From a virus: a stretch of 64,000 nucleotides of DNA. Of this stretch, positions 37,676-47,552 are shown piece after piece. Made by a program: the position numbers and the translations under genes. Positions within the stretch are counted from its first letter, which is position 1; every line of letters starts with the position of its first letter. The notes beneath the pieces were generated by a model that searched no databases, was not told the DNA's origin, and was given only the letters and a program-made list of their open reading frames with translations. Location: the IMG/VR virus record IMGVR_UViG_3300020469_000011, positions 32,001 to 96,000 of that record; one strand, 5' to 3'.

Positions 37676-39558
37676 GAGTAACTGGTTCCACTTGACGTTG
37701 AAGAAGAGGTATCGGTTCCTCCACTAAACAATTCTGCTGTTGCTATATTAGAAGATGTTGACGAATTATCTACAAATGGCACAGGATTTATATTAACATC
37801 ACTAACACTAATAGTTAAAACTTGCTCTTTTGCTGGTGTTATAACATAATCATTTGTTTTCATTTCAAATGTCATTTCAGAAGATGTTCCACTTATAGTA
37901 ATTGGAGAAAAATTTTGTAATTCTAATGTACCATTACTGTAATTAATAGTGCCTATATTTTCAATTAATGTAAATTGTTGGGTTGCGTTTGAAACAATTT
38001 TATCAAAAACTATTTGTATTTTGCTGTAGTCAGAACTTTCCTTGAGATAACAATTGTTAACAACTAGATTATTACTATCAAAGTAAGAAAACTTGGTTGC
38101 CGATAGACTACCTCTTTCTACTTCATTATTAAAGTTTACTTTATAGTAATTTCCCGTACCTACATCTATATCTCTTTTTTGATAGAGTTTGACTTCTACA
38201 AATACACCCATATAATATCTATTTAAATCACTTATAGTTTTTATTATATTTGCTGTTTGAAAAGAACTGAAAAACTTTAATAAATTATTTTGAGTAAAAT
38301 CAGATACTGTTTGTTGTACCTCAGTGACAATATCTACATCAGACATGTTTATTCTTACTGCATCATACACAAGCCTAATATCTAATTTTATATAAGTATA
38401 TTCTGGATCTATAACATAAGGTAAAATAGTAATTACATTTACTTCTTGTAGCTTATCTAATATTTGCTGTTTTTCTGAAGCAGAAGTAAAAGTTCTGTTT
38501 CTAGGTTTTACTGCACAAAATACACTCCCATATAAAGGAGGAGTATTTTTTTCTCCACCCCAAACAGATATTGATTCTATAAATGGAAAATATTTCATTA
38601 ACATTATTTGATAGTCTTGTTCTGTTACAGATCTATTTTGACTAAAAAATAACTTTCTAGAATTGTTTCTTATAGTGTCTATATCTTCTTCAGCTTGACC
38701 CTGAGAAGAAACTTGTGTTGTTTGTACTAAATGAGTTGTTGGTAATAATGTTGTGTCATCAAGAGTAAAATTTAAACAATCGTTACCATTAACGCCAGAA
38801 GTTACTAGATACGAAACATCTATTATATTATTATTATTTAACTGTCTGCCTAAAACATTATCACCAAATATTAATTGATATTTTCCACCAAAATTTTCTT
38901 CAACATAAAATATTCTAGATCCGGAATTAAGTAGTGTTATATCATAAACACGATTATATCTTATTCTTTCTGTTGTTTGAGAACTTTCTCTTACATATAC
39001 ATTTAAATAATCTAAATCTATATCTGTGCTTGAGATCTCATACTTTTTTTCAAGCAATAAATTATTCACTACTATATTTTCAGTAATAAAAGTTCCTTGA
39101 ATTAAATCTATTGAGGATGTATAAGAATTAGTTCCATTAAATACTGTTACATCTTTACTTACAAAAGGAAGCACTTCTCCAGTAGCTTTAACACCACTAA
39201 ACTTAGTAGATCCTGGTAATGTAATAACAGTATTAAAATTTGTAGTTTCTGTTAATCTAACAGCTACTATAGCTTTTGCTGATGTTTTTGAATTCGCAAC
39301 ATATCCAAGTTGTTTAGCAATTGATACTGCATTTTTTCTTTTCTGTGCCGTATCTAAAAACATTTCACTTGCAACTTGATTTAAATAATAAGCAGAATAT
39401 TGTGTATTATAAGTTAATAAATCTACTAGAAAATTTAATCCAGATGCTTCAAAATCATAATTTTCAAATTCAGATTTGCTTTTTACATAATCTACTAAAT
39501 TGTTTCTTAGAACATTAAAGTCTAATTCGTTTATATTTTCCGTAGGAATTCTAGACAT
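37672..39558 (-). CDS. gp6: baseplate wedge subunit gp6
   Basis: ELDFNVLRNNL, YDFEASGLNFLVDLLTYNT, EMFLDTAQKR, FGDNVLG, QNRSVTEQDY, VWGGE, GTINYSNG. Confidence 0.92.
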   Translation of the reverse strand: MSRIPTENINELDFNVLRNNLVDYVKSKSEFENYDFEASGLNFLVDLLTYNTQYSAYYLNQVASEMFLDTAQKRKNAVSIAKQLGYVANSKTSAKAIVAVRLTETTNFNTVITLPGSTKFSGVKATGEVLPFVSKDVTVFNGTNSYTSSIDLIQGTFITENIVVNNLLLEKKYEISSTDIDLDYLNVYVRESSQTTERIRYNRVYDITLLNSGSRIFYVEENFGGKYQLIFGDNVLGRQLNNNNIIDVSYLVTSGVNGNDCLNFTLDDTTLLPTTHLVQTTQVSSQGQAEEDIDTIRNNSRKLFFSQNRSVTEQDYQIMLMKYFPFIESISVWGGEKNTPPLYGSVFCAVKPRNRTFTSASEKQQILDKLQEVNVITILPYVIDPEYTYIKLDIRLVYDAVRINMSDVDIVTEVQQTVSDFTQNNLLKFFSSFQTANIIKTISDLNRYYMGVFVEVKLYQKRDIDVGTGNYYKVNFNNEVERGSLSATKFSYFDSNNLVVNNCYLKESSDYSKIQIVFDKIVSNATQQFTLIENIGTINYSNGTLELQNFSPITISGTSSEMTFEMKTNDYVITPAKEQVLTISVSDVNINPVPFVDNSSTSSNIATAELFSGGTDTSSSTSSGTSYS

Positions 39559-39936
39559 CTATCTTATTCTCTTTATTGTTTTTTCAAGAGTCAATAACTC
39601 TAAAGGATTTGATAATAAACTAAATGAAATAAAAATCTTTATATTATTTAAGTCTTGTTCTATATCTACAGATTCTAAGTTTATTCTCGGTTCGTAATTA
39701 TTAATTTGATTTTTTATTGTTGTAGATAATAAATCTTCTTGTATGAAATTATTAAGTTCAAAAACATAGTCTTGTATACCCACTCCAAAATCATTATTAT
39801 ATAATTTTTCTCCTGGTCTAGTATATAATATATGATTTAATGCGCGGAATATTGCTGTTTTAGCATCTAAATTCTTAACAGTTTTTGAACTAGGGTGAGG
39901 TATAAATTTTAAATCTATATCTGAAAATCTTGACAT
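39559..39936 (-). CDS. gp25: baseplate wedge subunit gp25
   Basis: FSDIDLKF, ILYTRPGEKLYNNDFG, NYEPRI. Confidence 0.92.
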   Translation of the reverse strand: MSRFSDIDLKFIPHPSSKTVKNLDAKTAIFRALNHILYTRPGEKLYNNDFGVGIQDYVFELNNFIQEDLLSTTIKNQINNYEPRINLESVDIEQDLNNIKIFISFSLLSNPLELLTLEKTIKRIR

Positions 39937-39975
39937 TTAACTTTATTGTCTTTAGATTTATTTATCTAAGCTATT

Positions 39976-42900
39976 TTAATTGGTTCTATAAAAATTGATA
40001 GCAGTATCAATTTTAAAAGTAAAGACTCTCATATTAAAATCAGGATCTTGATAACCTATTAAAATATAGGGTTTTAATATGGTTAAGTCTTCTACACCTA
40101 AAGGTATTTCACCAATGAATCTTTTTTTCTTTGTTCTTCCAAATTTGAAAACTTCGGAAGAGTCACCATTAAGTTGAGTTGCATATCTATGAGCATTTTT
40201 TTGTCCTTCAAATAAAACACCCATATACACATCTATTTTATTTATCTCAGGAAAGTTTGTGTTATAGATAGCATTAGTGGCAGCATCGGCTACTTCAACT
40301 TCCATTTCAAATTCAAATCTATATAATGCATTGTTTGTAATGTTATTATCATCTTGACTAAGTTTTAAAGCATCTTTAGATTTGACACCGTGCAAAAAGT
40401 TACTATCTAATGTACCTATAATATTAAATTCATAAGGAGTTGAGGAACCTATTGCATTAAAATATGAAGGGTCAGAAGATAATGCATCAATATTATTATC
40501 ATCTAATTCAAAACTATTTGTTGTACGAAATCCGTCAAAGCTTAATGTTATTGCTTCAGGATCTTCTCTTTCTTTTACTGAAGGAGATGGATTTGTATCT
40601 TTACTTAATTGTAATTGTATTTCTTCTAAATCTGTAACAGACCTTACTTTAGTATTAGTTGTTATAAAATCTAAATCAAGACCATTAGGATCTAGTATCT
40701 TATCTATCTGACCTGTTTCAATATCAGTGTCAAGGTCAGCAGAATCGTTTAATCCTAATAATTGAGAAATATGTCTGACTGGATAAAAAGGTAATCCTTT
40801 TGGAAGATAACTTAGAAAAAGAAGGGAAAACCCAAATTCATTTGAATAATCTAATTCTGCTCTTGCAATGTCTGCGTATATCTTAGCTTTGAGATAAGCT
40901 ATTTTATTTCTACGTGAAGTTTCTTCATTTTGACTTTTAGAAAAAATACCTCCATTATTTTCAATATTAGTATATATAGCAGAACCTACTTCAAAGGGTT
41001 TGGTAATAGATGATTGTAATTTATTAATAGTGTTTGCTCCAAGTTCTTTTGCAGCATCAAGACTATCATTCCATTCTGTATCTGTCATTGCATCTAATAT
41101 TGACTTATCTTCTAGACTTTTTTTCCTTTCGTTAGCAGGATCATTTTTCTTTGCGAATAAAGTATTAATTTCTTCTTTAATCTTCTCTGCTTCTACTGGA
41201 TCAAGTCTTTTAATACGTCTTAAATGTTTGTCTACAGATGCTAAATTACTTGGTCTAAAAGAAGATTTAGGAGGTCTGTCTTTATAATTTATATCGTCAA
41301 CTCTTGTTAACTTATTAGCTAATTCATCATAACCCTCTAAGCCGTTTGTTCTTGCATATCTTCCATAAACTTTAAATTTTAAATTTAGTTGGAAATTTAA
41401 TAATGTTATTATTTCTTCAATAGCGTCTATTAGAGTCACTAAACTTTCTTTAATATTTTCAAGTTGCTCTATTGTATTATCTAATAAGCTATCTTTTGGA
41501 GAATTACTTGCTGAAACTGTTTCATATAAACTTGTTACATAGTTTTGAACATTTTTAATTATGTTTGTAGTTCCTGTTAAATCACTAAAATTTAATTTAG
41601 CCCATGCACCCCCACCATCTTGGTTATATGGTTGTTCTGTGCTTTCCCAAACTATACCATCGGCCAGAACTGTTTGATCTCCTCCTTCAACTTTTATTAT
41701 TTGTACATATTTGTTAGCAACAATAGAATCATATGTGGCTGTTATATTACTATTTTTGTCTTTTACTGATTGAATTGTAAACGTATGTACATGACTTGTT
41801 TTTTCAATCAATGAATCTTCTACATTATATGTTTGTTGAAATAAGTTTTTATAAAGGTTATTTTTATTGGCAAGAGTATATTCATCATCATAATATATTA
41901 CTTTAGCAGATTTTGTTAAGTCCAACTTGTTATTTTCTTGATATAACTTAATTTCTTCTAATTGTAATGTTTTTGTTTTAACAATATCATTTGCAGTATT
42001 AGCAGTATCAAGAAATTGTTCCTCTGTATCTTTTCTTATTTTATTTTCTATGTCTATCAAATCTTCTTCATATTTCTTTAATTTGGCTTCTCTTGTATTT
42101 GTGCTATCAATAATACTTGTTACCATTGTAAATGGATTTCCACCCTCTAAATCACCTGATGTAGACTTGTTTTTTAAAGCAGTTGCTGCTGTTTTGATAT
42201 CATTAAAACGATTAGTTAATGATGTGTTCATATCAGAAGATATAGCAGACGCACTATTATATGCGTTTAAAGCCTCTAGAAAACTTCTTAATTCTGCATA
42301 TCTATTTTTACCGAAAGAAGATTCACTAGAATATTTTATAATTGCACTTGTTATTGAATCTTTTTGAAAGTAATGTTTGTTTAATACTTCTTGTATATTC
42401 AAAACAGTATTATCTTCTTCAAGATTTAATCTAGATAAATCATCAAGAATATTTTTTGCTGCAGGAACAATTTCCCAATAAATTATTTCTGTTTTGATAT
42501 CTTTAATATCTTCTTTTTGAGCACTATATCCACCTAACCTTCCTTCAAAAAAATCATTATCAAGATTTTCTCGAAATGCACTGTCAAAAACAGCATTTGC
42601 TGAATTTGCAGCAATATCAAAATTTGTATTTGCAATTGCTCCTTGGTTAGCTAAATCTTGTTCTAATTTTTCTTTTCTCGCTTCTGACATATTTAAGATA
42701 GGATCTGCAGGAACGATAAAGATATTTTCTAAATTTTCATCAACTGGATATAATAAACCAGAAGTTTGATTTTTTTGCTCTAATTTTGTGCTTGGATTAA
42801 ACGTACTTAATGATAGTGAGCTTAATTTATTATCTGTCAATACTTTTATTTTTTTAGTAGACGTATCATTGAATAAAGACTTCATATCATCGTGCATTCC

Positions 42901-43668
42901 CTCCAACTGTTGTAGTTGAAAGATATTAGCAAGACCTAGAATAGAATCTAGAAAGGCACTAATGGAATCTATATTTTCAGTTATATCTAATGAAAAATAA
43001 AGAAACAATCCATCATATGTACCAAGAGGTCTAGATAAATTATCAATAGAAGTTTCTACATTTATAAAATCACTTCTTGTATATTTTTTATCTCCTTCTG
43101 CAAAATCTGTTCTATAGAAAGAATCATATAATTTTTCAAATTTTCTCCCTGATTTTTTTAATCCTTCTCCTATTGATGTTTGATAGGGTTTTGTTCTTGG
43201 TAGATTCTCATCAGAAACATCATAAAATTTTCTATATGCAATACTTGCTTGTTGTTCTAAAGAAGTTGTGGGTAAATTTCTTAAACCCCAATTATTTGTA
43301 TTAGGCGGAATTACTAATGCATAAACTCCTAATCTTAATAAAGAATCTAAAGAATTATAAATAAAATCATGAATATATTTTAATACTGCTCTCATGAAAT
43401 TTTCTAGTAAATCTAAAAAATCACGAACTAGTGTAAGAGCAGTAATAGCAAAATCAAAATTATTTACAACTAAATTCCGAACATTTTGCATGTATTCTAA
43501 GTTTTCTTCAATTACATCCTTATTACCAAGACTAATAAAAAATGCAGAGTTGGCGACTTCTTTCCACTCTCCAGCGGTAGCAGTTTCGGTATCAAACTTC
43601 TGTAATTTATCTGTAAAGGTTGCAAAATCTCTACCAGTTGCCTCTCTATATTCCCCTATTGTCGGCAT
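39976..43668 (-). CDS. large hypothetical (probably virion) protein
   Basis: 1230-aa ORF in baseplate module, largely helical. Confidence 0.7.
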   Translation of the reverse strand: MPTIGEYREATGRDFATFTDKLQKFDTETATAGEWKEVANSAFFISLGNKDVIEENLEYMQNVRNLVVNNFDFAITALTLVRDFLDLLENFMRAVLKYIHDFIYNSLDSLLRLGVYALVIPPNTNNWGLRNLPTTSLEQQASIAYRKFYDVSDENLPRTKPYQTSIGEGLKKSGRKFEKLYDSFYRTDFAEGDKKYTRSDFINVETSIDNLSRPLGTYDGLFLYFSLDITENIDSISAFLDSILGLANIFQLQQLEGMHDDMKSLFNDTSTKKIKVLTDNKLSSLSLSTFNPSTKLEQKNQTSGLLYPVDENLENIFIVPADPILNMSEARKEKLEQDLANQGAIANTNFDIAANSANAVFDSAFRENLDNDFFEGRLGGYSAQKEDIKDIKTEIIYWEIVPAAKNILDDLSRLNLEEDNTVLNIQEVLNKHYFQKDSITSAIIKYSSESSFGKNRYAELRSFLEALNAYNSASAISSDMNTSLTNRFNDIKTAATALKNKSTSGDLEGGNPFTMVTSIIDSTNTREAKLKKYEEDLIDIENKIRKDTEEQFLDTANTANDIVKTKTLQLEEIKLYQENNKLDLTKSAKVIYYDDEYTLANKNNLYKNLFQQTYNVEDSLIEKTSHVHTFTIQSVKDKNSNITATYDSIVANKYVQIIKVEGGDQTVLADGIVWESTEQPYNQDGGGAWAKLNFSDLTGTTNIIKNVQNYVTSLYETVSASNSPKDSLLDNTIEQLENIKESLVTLIDAIEEIITLLNFQLNLKFKVYGRYARTNGLEGYDELANKLTRVDDINYKDRPPKSSFRPSNLASVDKHLRRIKRLDPVEAEKIKEEINTLFAKKNDPANERKKSLEDKSILDAMTDTEWNDSLDAAKELGANTINKLQSSITKPFEVGSAIYTNIENNGGIFSKSQNEETSRRNKIAYLKAKIYADIARAELDYSNEFGFSLLFLSYLPKGLPFYPVRHISQLLGLNDSADLDTDIETGQIDKILDPNGLDLDFITTNTKVRSVTDLEEIQLQLSKDTNPSPSVKEREDPEAITLSFDGFRTTNSFELDDNNIDALSSDPSYFNAIGSSTPYEFNIIGTLDSNFLHGVKSKDALKLSQDDNNITNNALYRFEFEMEVEVADAATNAIYNTNFPEINKIDVYMGVLFEGQKNAHRYATQLNGDSSEVFKFGRTKKKRFIGEIPLGVEDLTILKPYILIGYQDPDFNMRVFTFKIDTAINFYRTN

Positions 43669-43802
43669 GACCCCTTTTTATTTTTTTCTTCTTTTTGTAA
43701 TTTTTCTATAAAGGAAACACATAGCTTTAAAGTATCACGTACTTGTTCTAGTTGTTTTATTTCTTTTTCTATCTTATCCTTACTATTTACATTCTCTGTC
43801 AT
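43656..43802 (-). CDS. small coiled-coil protein (48 aa, not in ORF track)
   Basis: MTENVNSKDKIEKEIKQLEQVRDTLKLC... bridges the gap and overlaps both neighbours. Confidence 0.55.
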   Translation of the reverse strand: MTENVNSKDKIEKEIKQLEQVRDTLKLCVSFIEKLQKEEKNKKGSCRQ

Positions 43803-45879
43803 ATATCTTTGTTCCTATTATATGGTAATTTCTATGATTTACTGTGTTACCAGTCTCATCTACAACATTTGCGGCATTTCTATTTTCAATATCTTGATCT
43901 ATAATTTTTTCATAATTTACCAAACTATTGACAGAAGAACGTAATTCCTCTGAGATACCATTAGGTTCCAAATACCATAATATAAATTCTACAATTTTGT
44001 AAGATAAGTTTTTAGGAGTACCCGTAGATAATGTTTTAAATTCATTAGGATCAGAACATAATTTTGTCCAAGTATTAACATCATAGCCACTTTTTCCTTT
44101 ATCAAATATATTTTTCATTTCTGAAAATTTACCAATAACATCATTTATTGCAGATATTTCATTTAAATTAACTGAGCTACCTATATTATAATCTGTAATT
44201 GCAGAGTCATATTCACTGACTGTACTGGTATAACTTGTAGGTGTAGCAGCAATAGTTGCTTCTGGTATAAAGTTTTTAAGAAAATTTAAATTACTTGTTT
44301 TGGCATCATCTGGCCATCCTGTGTTTGCTAAGTAATTATTCCAAACAGTTTCATCTGTTGGATACATTATATCAAATAAGCATTTATCTTGACTTGTTCT
44401 ACGAATCTCAACATTTGCAACAGGACTTTCTGTTTCTAATAATTTAATATTGAAATTAGTTTCTACTCCTGTACCTGATACGTCTTTTAATTGTTTTGCT
44501 AATTGTTCATAAAATACTCCTATTTTAGTTTCAAATAACAAACGAAATAAATTAGGAACAAAATATTGATACTTTTTTAAAGTTGGAATCTGTGAGTTAG
44601 CTAAACGGCTTCTAGTATTTTCAACAATTTCATTTTGCAAATAAGGTGCATCTAAATTAATTACACCACCGCCTCTGTACGGATAAAAAGGACTTTGATC
44701 AAAATAAGGAAAATAATATTGTGTGTATAAAAATGCGTAATAATCAATAGGGTTATAGGTCGGTGGTGATTGAAAATATTTATATGCTGGATGTTTTATT
44801 ATTTGAGTTTTATCAAGTGTTGTTTTTGTTGTTGAAATAACAGCAGCATGAGCATCTACACTACCTCTGAAACCATCTACATCTAATCCGAAAATAAGAT
44901 TTAGTAATCCATTGATAGCATCAAAAACTGGAGCGAAAATTGCTTTAACACCACTCCAAATAAAACCTCCAATATCTATATCAATAATGCCGGAGATTTT
45001 CATCCAGCTTAAAGGATTAGATGGTCCAAAGGCAATCAGTTCAAAATCAAATCTACCACCTCTAGCTTCTCCAACACCTACAACTCTTAACGTATTTTCA
45101 AATGGCTTTCTATGTATTGTTAATACATACTTTTTATTATAAGTTACATTTTCACCTTCTGGTACAAATCCTGTTGAAAAATATGGATTAAAAAAGAAAC
45201 TTGCTGTATTTTGATTTCTATATGACAATGTTTTATCATCTTTAACATCTTCATTATTACCTATCCAAATTGTATGTGTGCTTCCGGTGCTACATTTATT
45301 TCCACTTATATTACCAGGAACTCTTTCATTTGCAACTCTAACATCTATTTCTACATCAACAGCAGTTTCAAAACCATTTTCTATATCTCCCCAAGTGCCT
45401 TCCCAATTATACAAACCGACAGTACAAGCATCTTCTGTATAATCCTCTGGGTCTGTATCTGCATTTGTTATACCCGTGTTTCTTTCCCTTGTACTACTAA
45501 CAGTAAGTGACCAATCTTGATTAGGATTATCAATCATTTTAAAGGGAATATCTATACCATCACTAAATGTTTCTATAGTAGATACAATAGAACCTGGTGA
45601 ATTATTAGCGATGTCTGTCTTATCAAGTGCTCTATTCAATTCATTATTATATGGACCTAAACCCAATCCTTTATTATCACCATCTGATCTTAATACACTA
45701 TCTGGAGCTATCCAATTACCTAAGTAATCGTAAAAGTTTTTAGCAGGAACTTTCATAATAGTATCTGCCGTTTCATTATCTGGTTTCCAATCCTTATTGA
45801 TGATAAGTTCTGGAGATACAACAGTAGCAGTACCTATGATTTGATCGTATATCTTTTTTATCTTGCGAAATTTTGCCAT
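43783..45879 (-). CDS. hypothetical structural protein
   Basis: 698-aa ORF in baseplate module. Confidence 0.7.
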   Translation of the reverse strand: MAKFRKIKKIYDQIIGTATVVSPELIINKDWKPDNETADTIMKVPAKNFYDYLGNWIAPDSVLRSDGDNKGLGLGPYNNELNRALDKTDIANNSPGSIVSTIETFSDGIDIPFKMIDNPNQDWSLTVSSTRERNTGITNADTDPEDYTEDACTVGLYNWEGTWGDIENGFETAVDVEIDVRVANERVPGNISGNKCSTGSTHTIWIGNNEDVKDDKTLSYRNQNTASFFFNPYFSTGFVPEGENVTYNKKYVLTIHRKPFENTLRVVGVGEARGGRFDFELIAFGPSNPLSWMKISGIIDIDIGGFIWSGVKAIFAPVFDAINGLLNLIFGLDVDGFRGSVDAHAAVISTTKTTLDKTQIIKHPAYKYFQSPPTYNPIDYYAFLYTQYYFPYFDQSPFYPYRGGGVINLDAPYLQNEIVENTRSRLANSQIPTLKKYQYFVPNLFRLLFETKIGVFYEQLAKQLKDVSGTGVETNFNIKLLETESPVANVEIRRTSQDKCLFDIMYPTDETVWNNYLANTGWPDDAKTSNLNFLKNFIPEATIAATPTSYTSTVSEYDSAITDYNIGSSVNLNEISAINDVIGKFSEMKNIFDKGKSGYDVNTWTKLCSDPNEFKTLSTGTPKNLSYKIVEFILWYLEPNGISEELRSSVNSLVNYEKIIDQDIENRNAANVVDETGNTVNHRNYHIIGTKIYDRECK

Positions 45880-45885
45880 ATTATA

Positions 45886-47529
45886 TTAGATAATTCTAGA
45901 GTGATAATTAGGTTCATGACCGATTTCTGCATTTTCAACAATAGCTGTTACTGGAGTTAATGCAGGACCTCCTGATATTGGAGGAGATGGATTTATTATA
46001 TTTGTAAACGAATCATATTTTACAAGTAGTGATTCTTTAATAGTTGATGTCTCTCCTGGAGTAATACCTCCACTATTAAAGAAAATAACATTTGCTACAT
46101 TTGCATTAAGACCTGGTAAAAATCTGATATCAAATGCTCTGTCATAAGCAAATCCATATATTTCTGCTGCTATATCATCCGCTTCTATTTTATAAAATTG
46201 ATTGAATAACGATAGTGGAACTCCTGGATATGTTGATAATATTGGAACATTAAAGCCACTAATATTATAAGTATCGTGATAACCTTCACTAAAAGCGAAT
46301 TCCTCATTTACAGGTGAAGCGGCGCCCAACTCTGCATTAATATAAATTGGATTATAAAACACATGCACGTTATTTGCATTTGCAGGAGGTGATACTACAT
46401 TAAATGAAACTTTTGTTGGTGCTGGTACTACACTAACTTCTTCAACTGTTATTTCAACTTCTGGATCTGTCATGCCAATAAACAAATATAACTCTTCATC
46501 AATTACAGAAGAACCATTTAAAAAATTAAACGGTGTCATGTTAGTATCGGTGGATACGTCAGTAGTTTCTATATAAATGTTATTATTTGATTTGAAATTT
46601 TGATTGTATGTTAAAGTGTGTATATCATCTGCATATTTTAATACATTATTAGCAGTGTCAATTGTTTCATAATCAGGAACACTCCAATTAAAAAGGTTTG
46701 CACTTGGATATGTTACAGGAGCAACAAGCGAATCGTCAATTACTGTATTTGCTGCTTTAGTTATTAAAGGTACTTTATTAGTATATAAAAATACTATACC
46801 AGCAGTATTTGCTAACGTAGCATTAGTTTTATATGAACGAACATTAAAAACCTTTACAGTTTGTAAAGTGTCTTTATTCCATGAATCTGCACGAAACTTA
46901 TATCTCAATGGTTGTGTCGCATTTCCTCTACCATCTGTTGCAACAACTTTTAATGTATTGATGTTATTGTTAATATTTGCAGCAGGTACTGTAAAATCGG
47001 AGGGAAATGTGGTGATAGTGGGTAGTGCTTGTCCGTTTAATTCAACATCAACTTTTAAACCTGTTGCACTAATACTATCATAAACATCTACCTCAAATGT
47101 AGCATCCGCACTACTAAAAATATTTGTTTTTGATCTAAGGGTCATTAAAGGAGGATCAGTATCATTAAAAGAACGTAATATATATGTTTTACTACCAGGA
47201 ACAACATTATCATGTGAGTCTTTTCCAGTAAGTACTAATTCATATTCATTATCTCCTATAGGAAACGCATTAGATATTGGAATTGTTCCACTACTAGCAG
47301 TAACACTACCAGATCCTTTACTAACAACAGTGCTAACTCCATCTGCTTTGGTTTGAATTAAAGACCAGTTTAAGGTCTTAAAACTAGCATCACCATTACT
47401 TCCTCTTTTTACACCGGAACTTGTAAATTCTACAATTGGAGTTTCTCTAGTAGCTCTCCAACCTCCTAATCCAGAAACTACTTCCCATCCGTTACTTTCA
47501 GTAAATATTCCAGAAAAACTTATTGCCAT
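45886..47529 (-). CDS. hypothetical structural protein, Ig-like beta domains
   Basis: YELVLTGKDSHDN, DTDPPLMTL, NTLKVVATDGRGN Ig-like patterns. Confidence 0.65.
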   Translation of the reverse strand: MAISFSGIFTESNGWEVVSGLGGWRATRETPIVEFTSSGVKRGSNGDASFKTLNWSLIQTKADGVSTVVSKGSGSVTASSGTIPISNAFPIGDNEYELVLTGKDSHDNVVPGSKTYILRSFNDTDPPLMTLRSKTNIFSSADATFEVDVYDSISATGLKVDVELNGQALPTITTFPSDFTVPAANINNNINTLKVVATDGRGNATQPLRYKFRADSWNKDTLQTVKVFNVRSYKTNATLANTAGIVFLYTNKVPLITKAANTVIDDSLVAPVTYPSANLFNWSVPDYETIDTANNVLKYADDIHTLTYNQNFKSNNNIYIETTDVSTDTNMTPFNFLNGSSVIDEELYLFIGMTDPEVEITVEEVSVVPAPTKVSFNVVSPPANANNVHVFYNPIYINAELGAASPVNEEFAFSEGYHDTYNISGFNVPILSTYPGVPLSLFNQFYKIEADDIAAEIYGFAYDRAFDIRFLPGLNANVANVIFFNSGGITPGETSTIKESLLVKYDSFTNIINPSPPISGGPALTPVTAIVENAEIGHEPNYHSRII

Positions 47530-47552
47530 TTTATTATATACCTTTTAACATT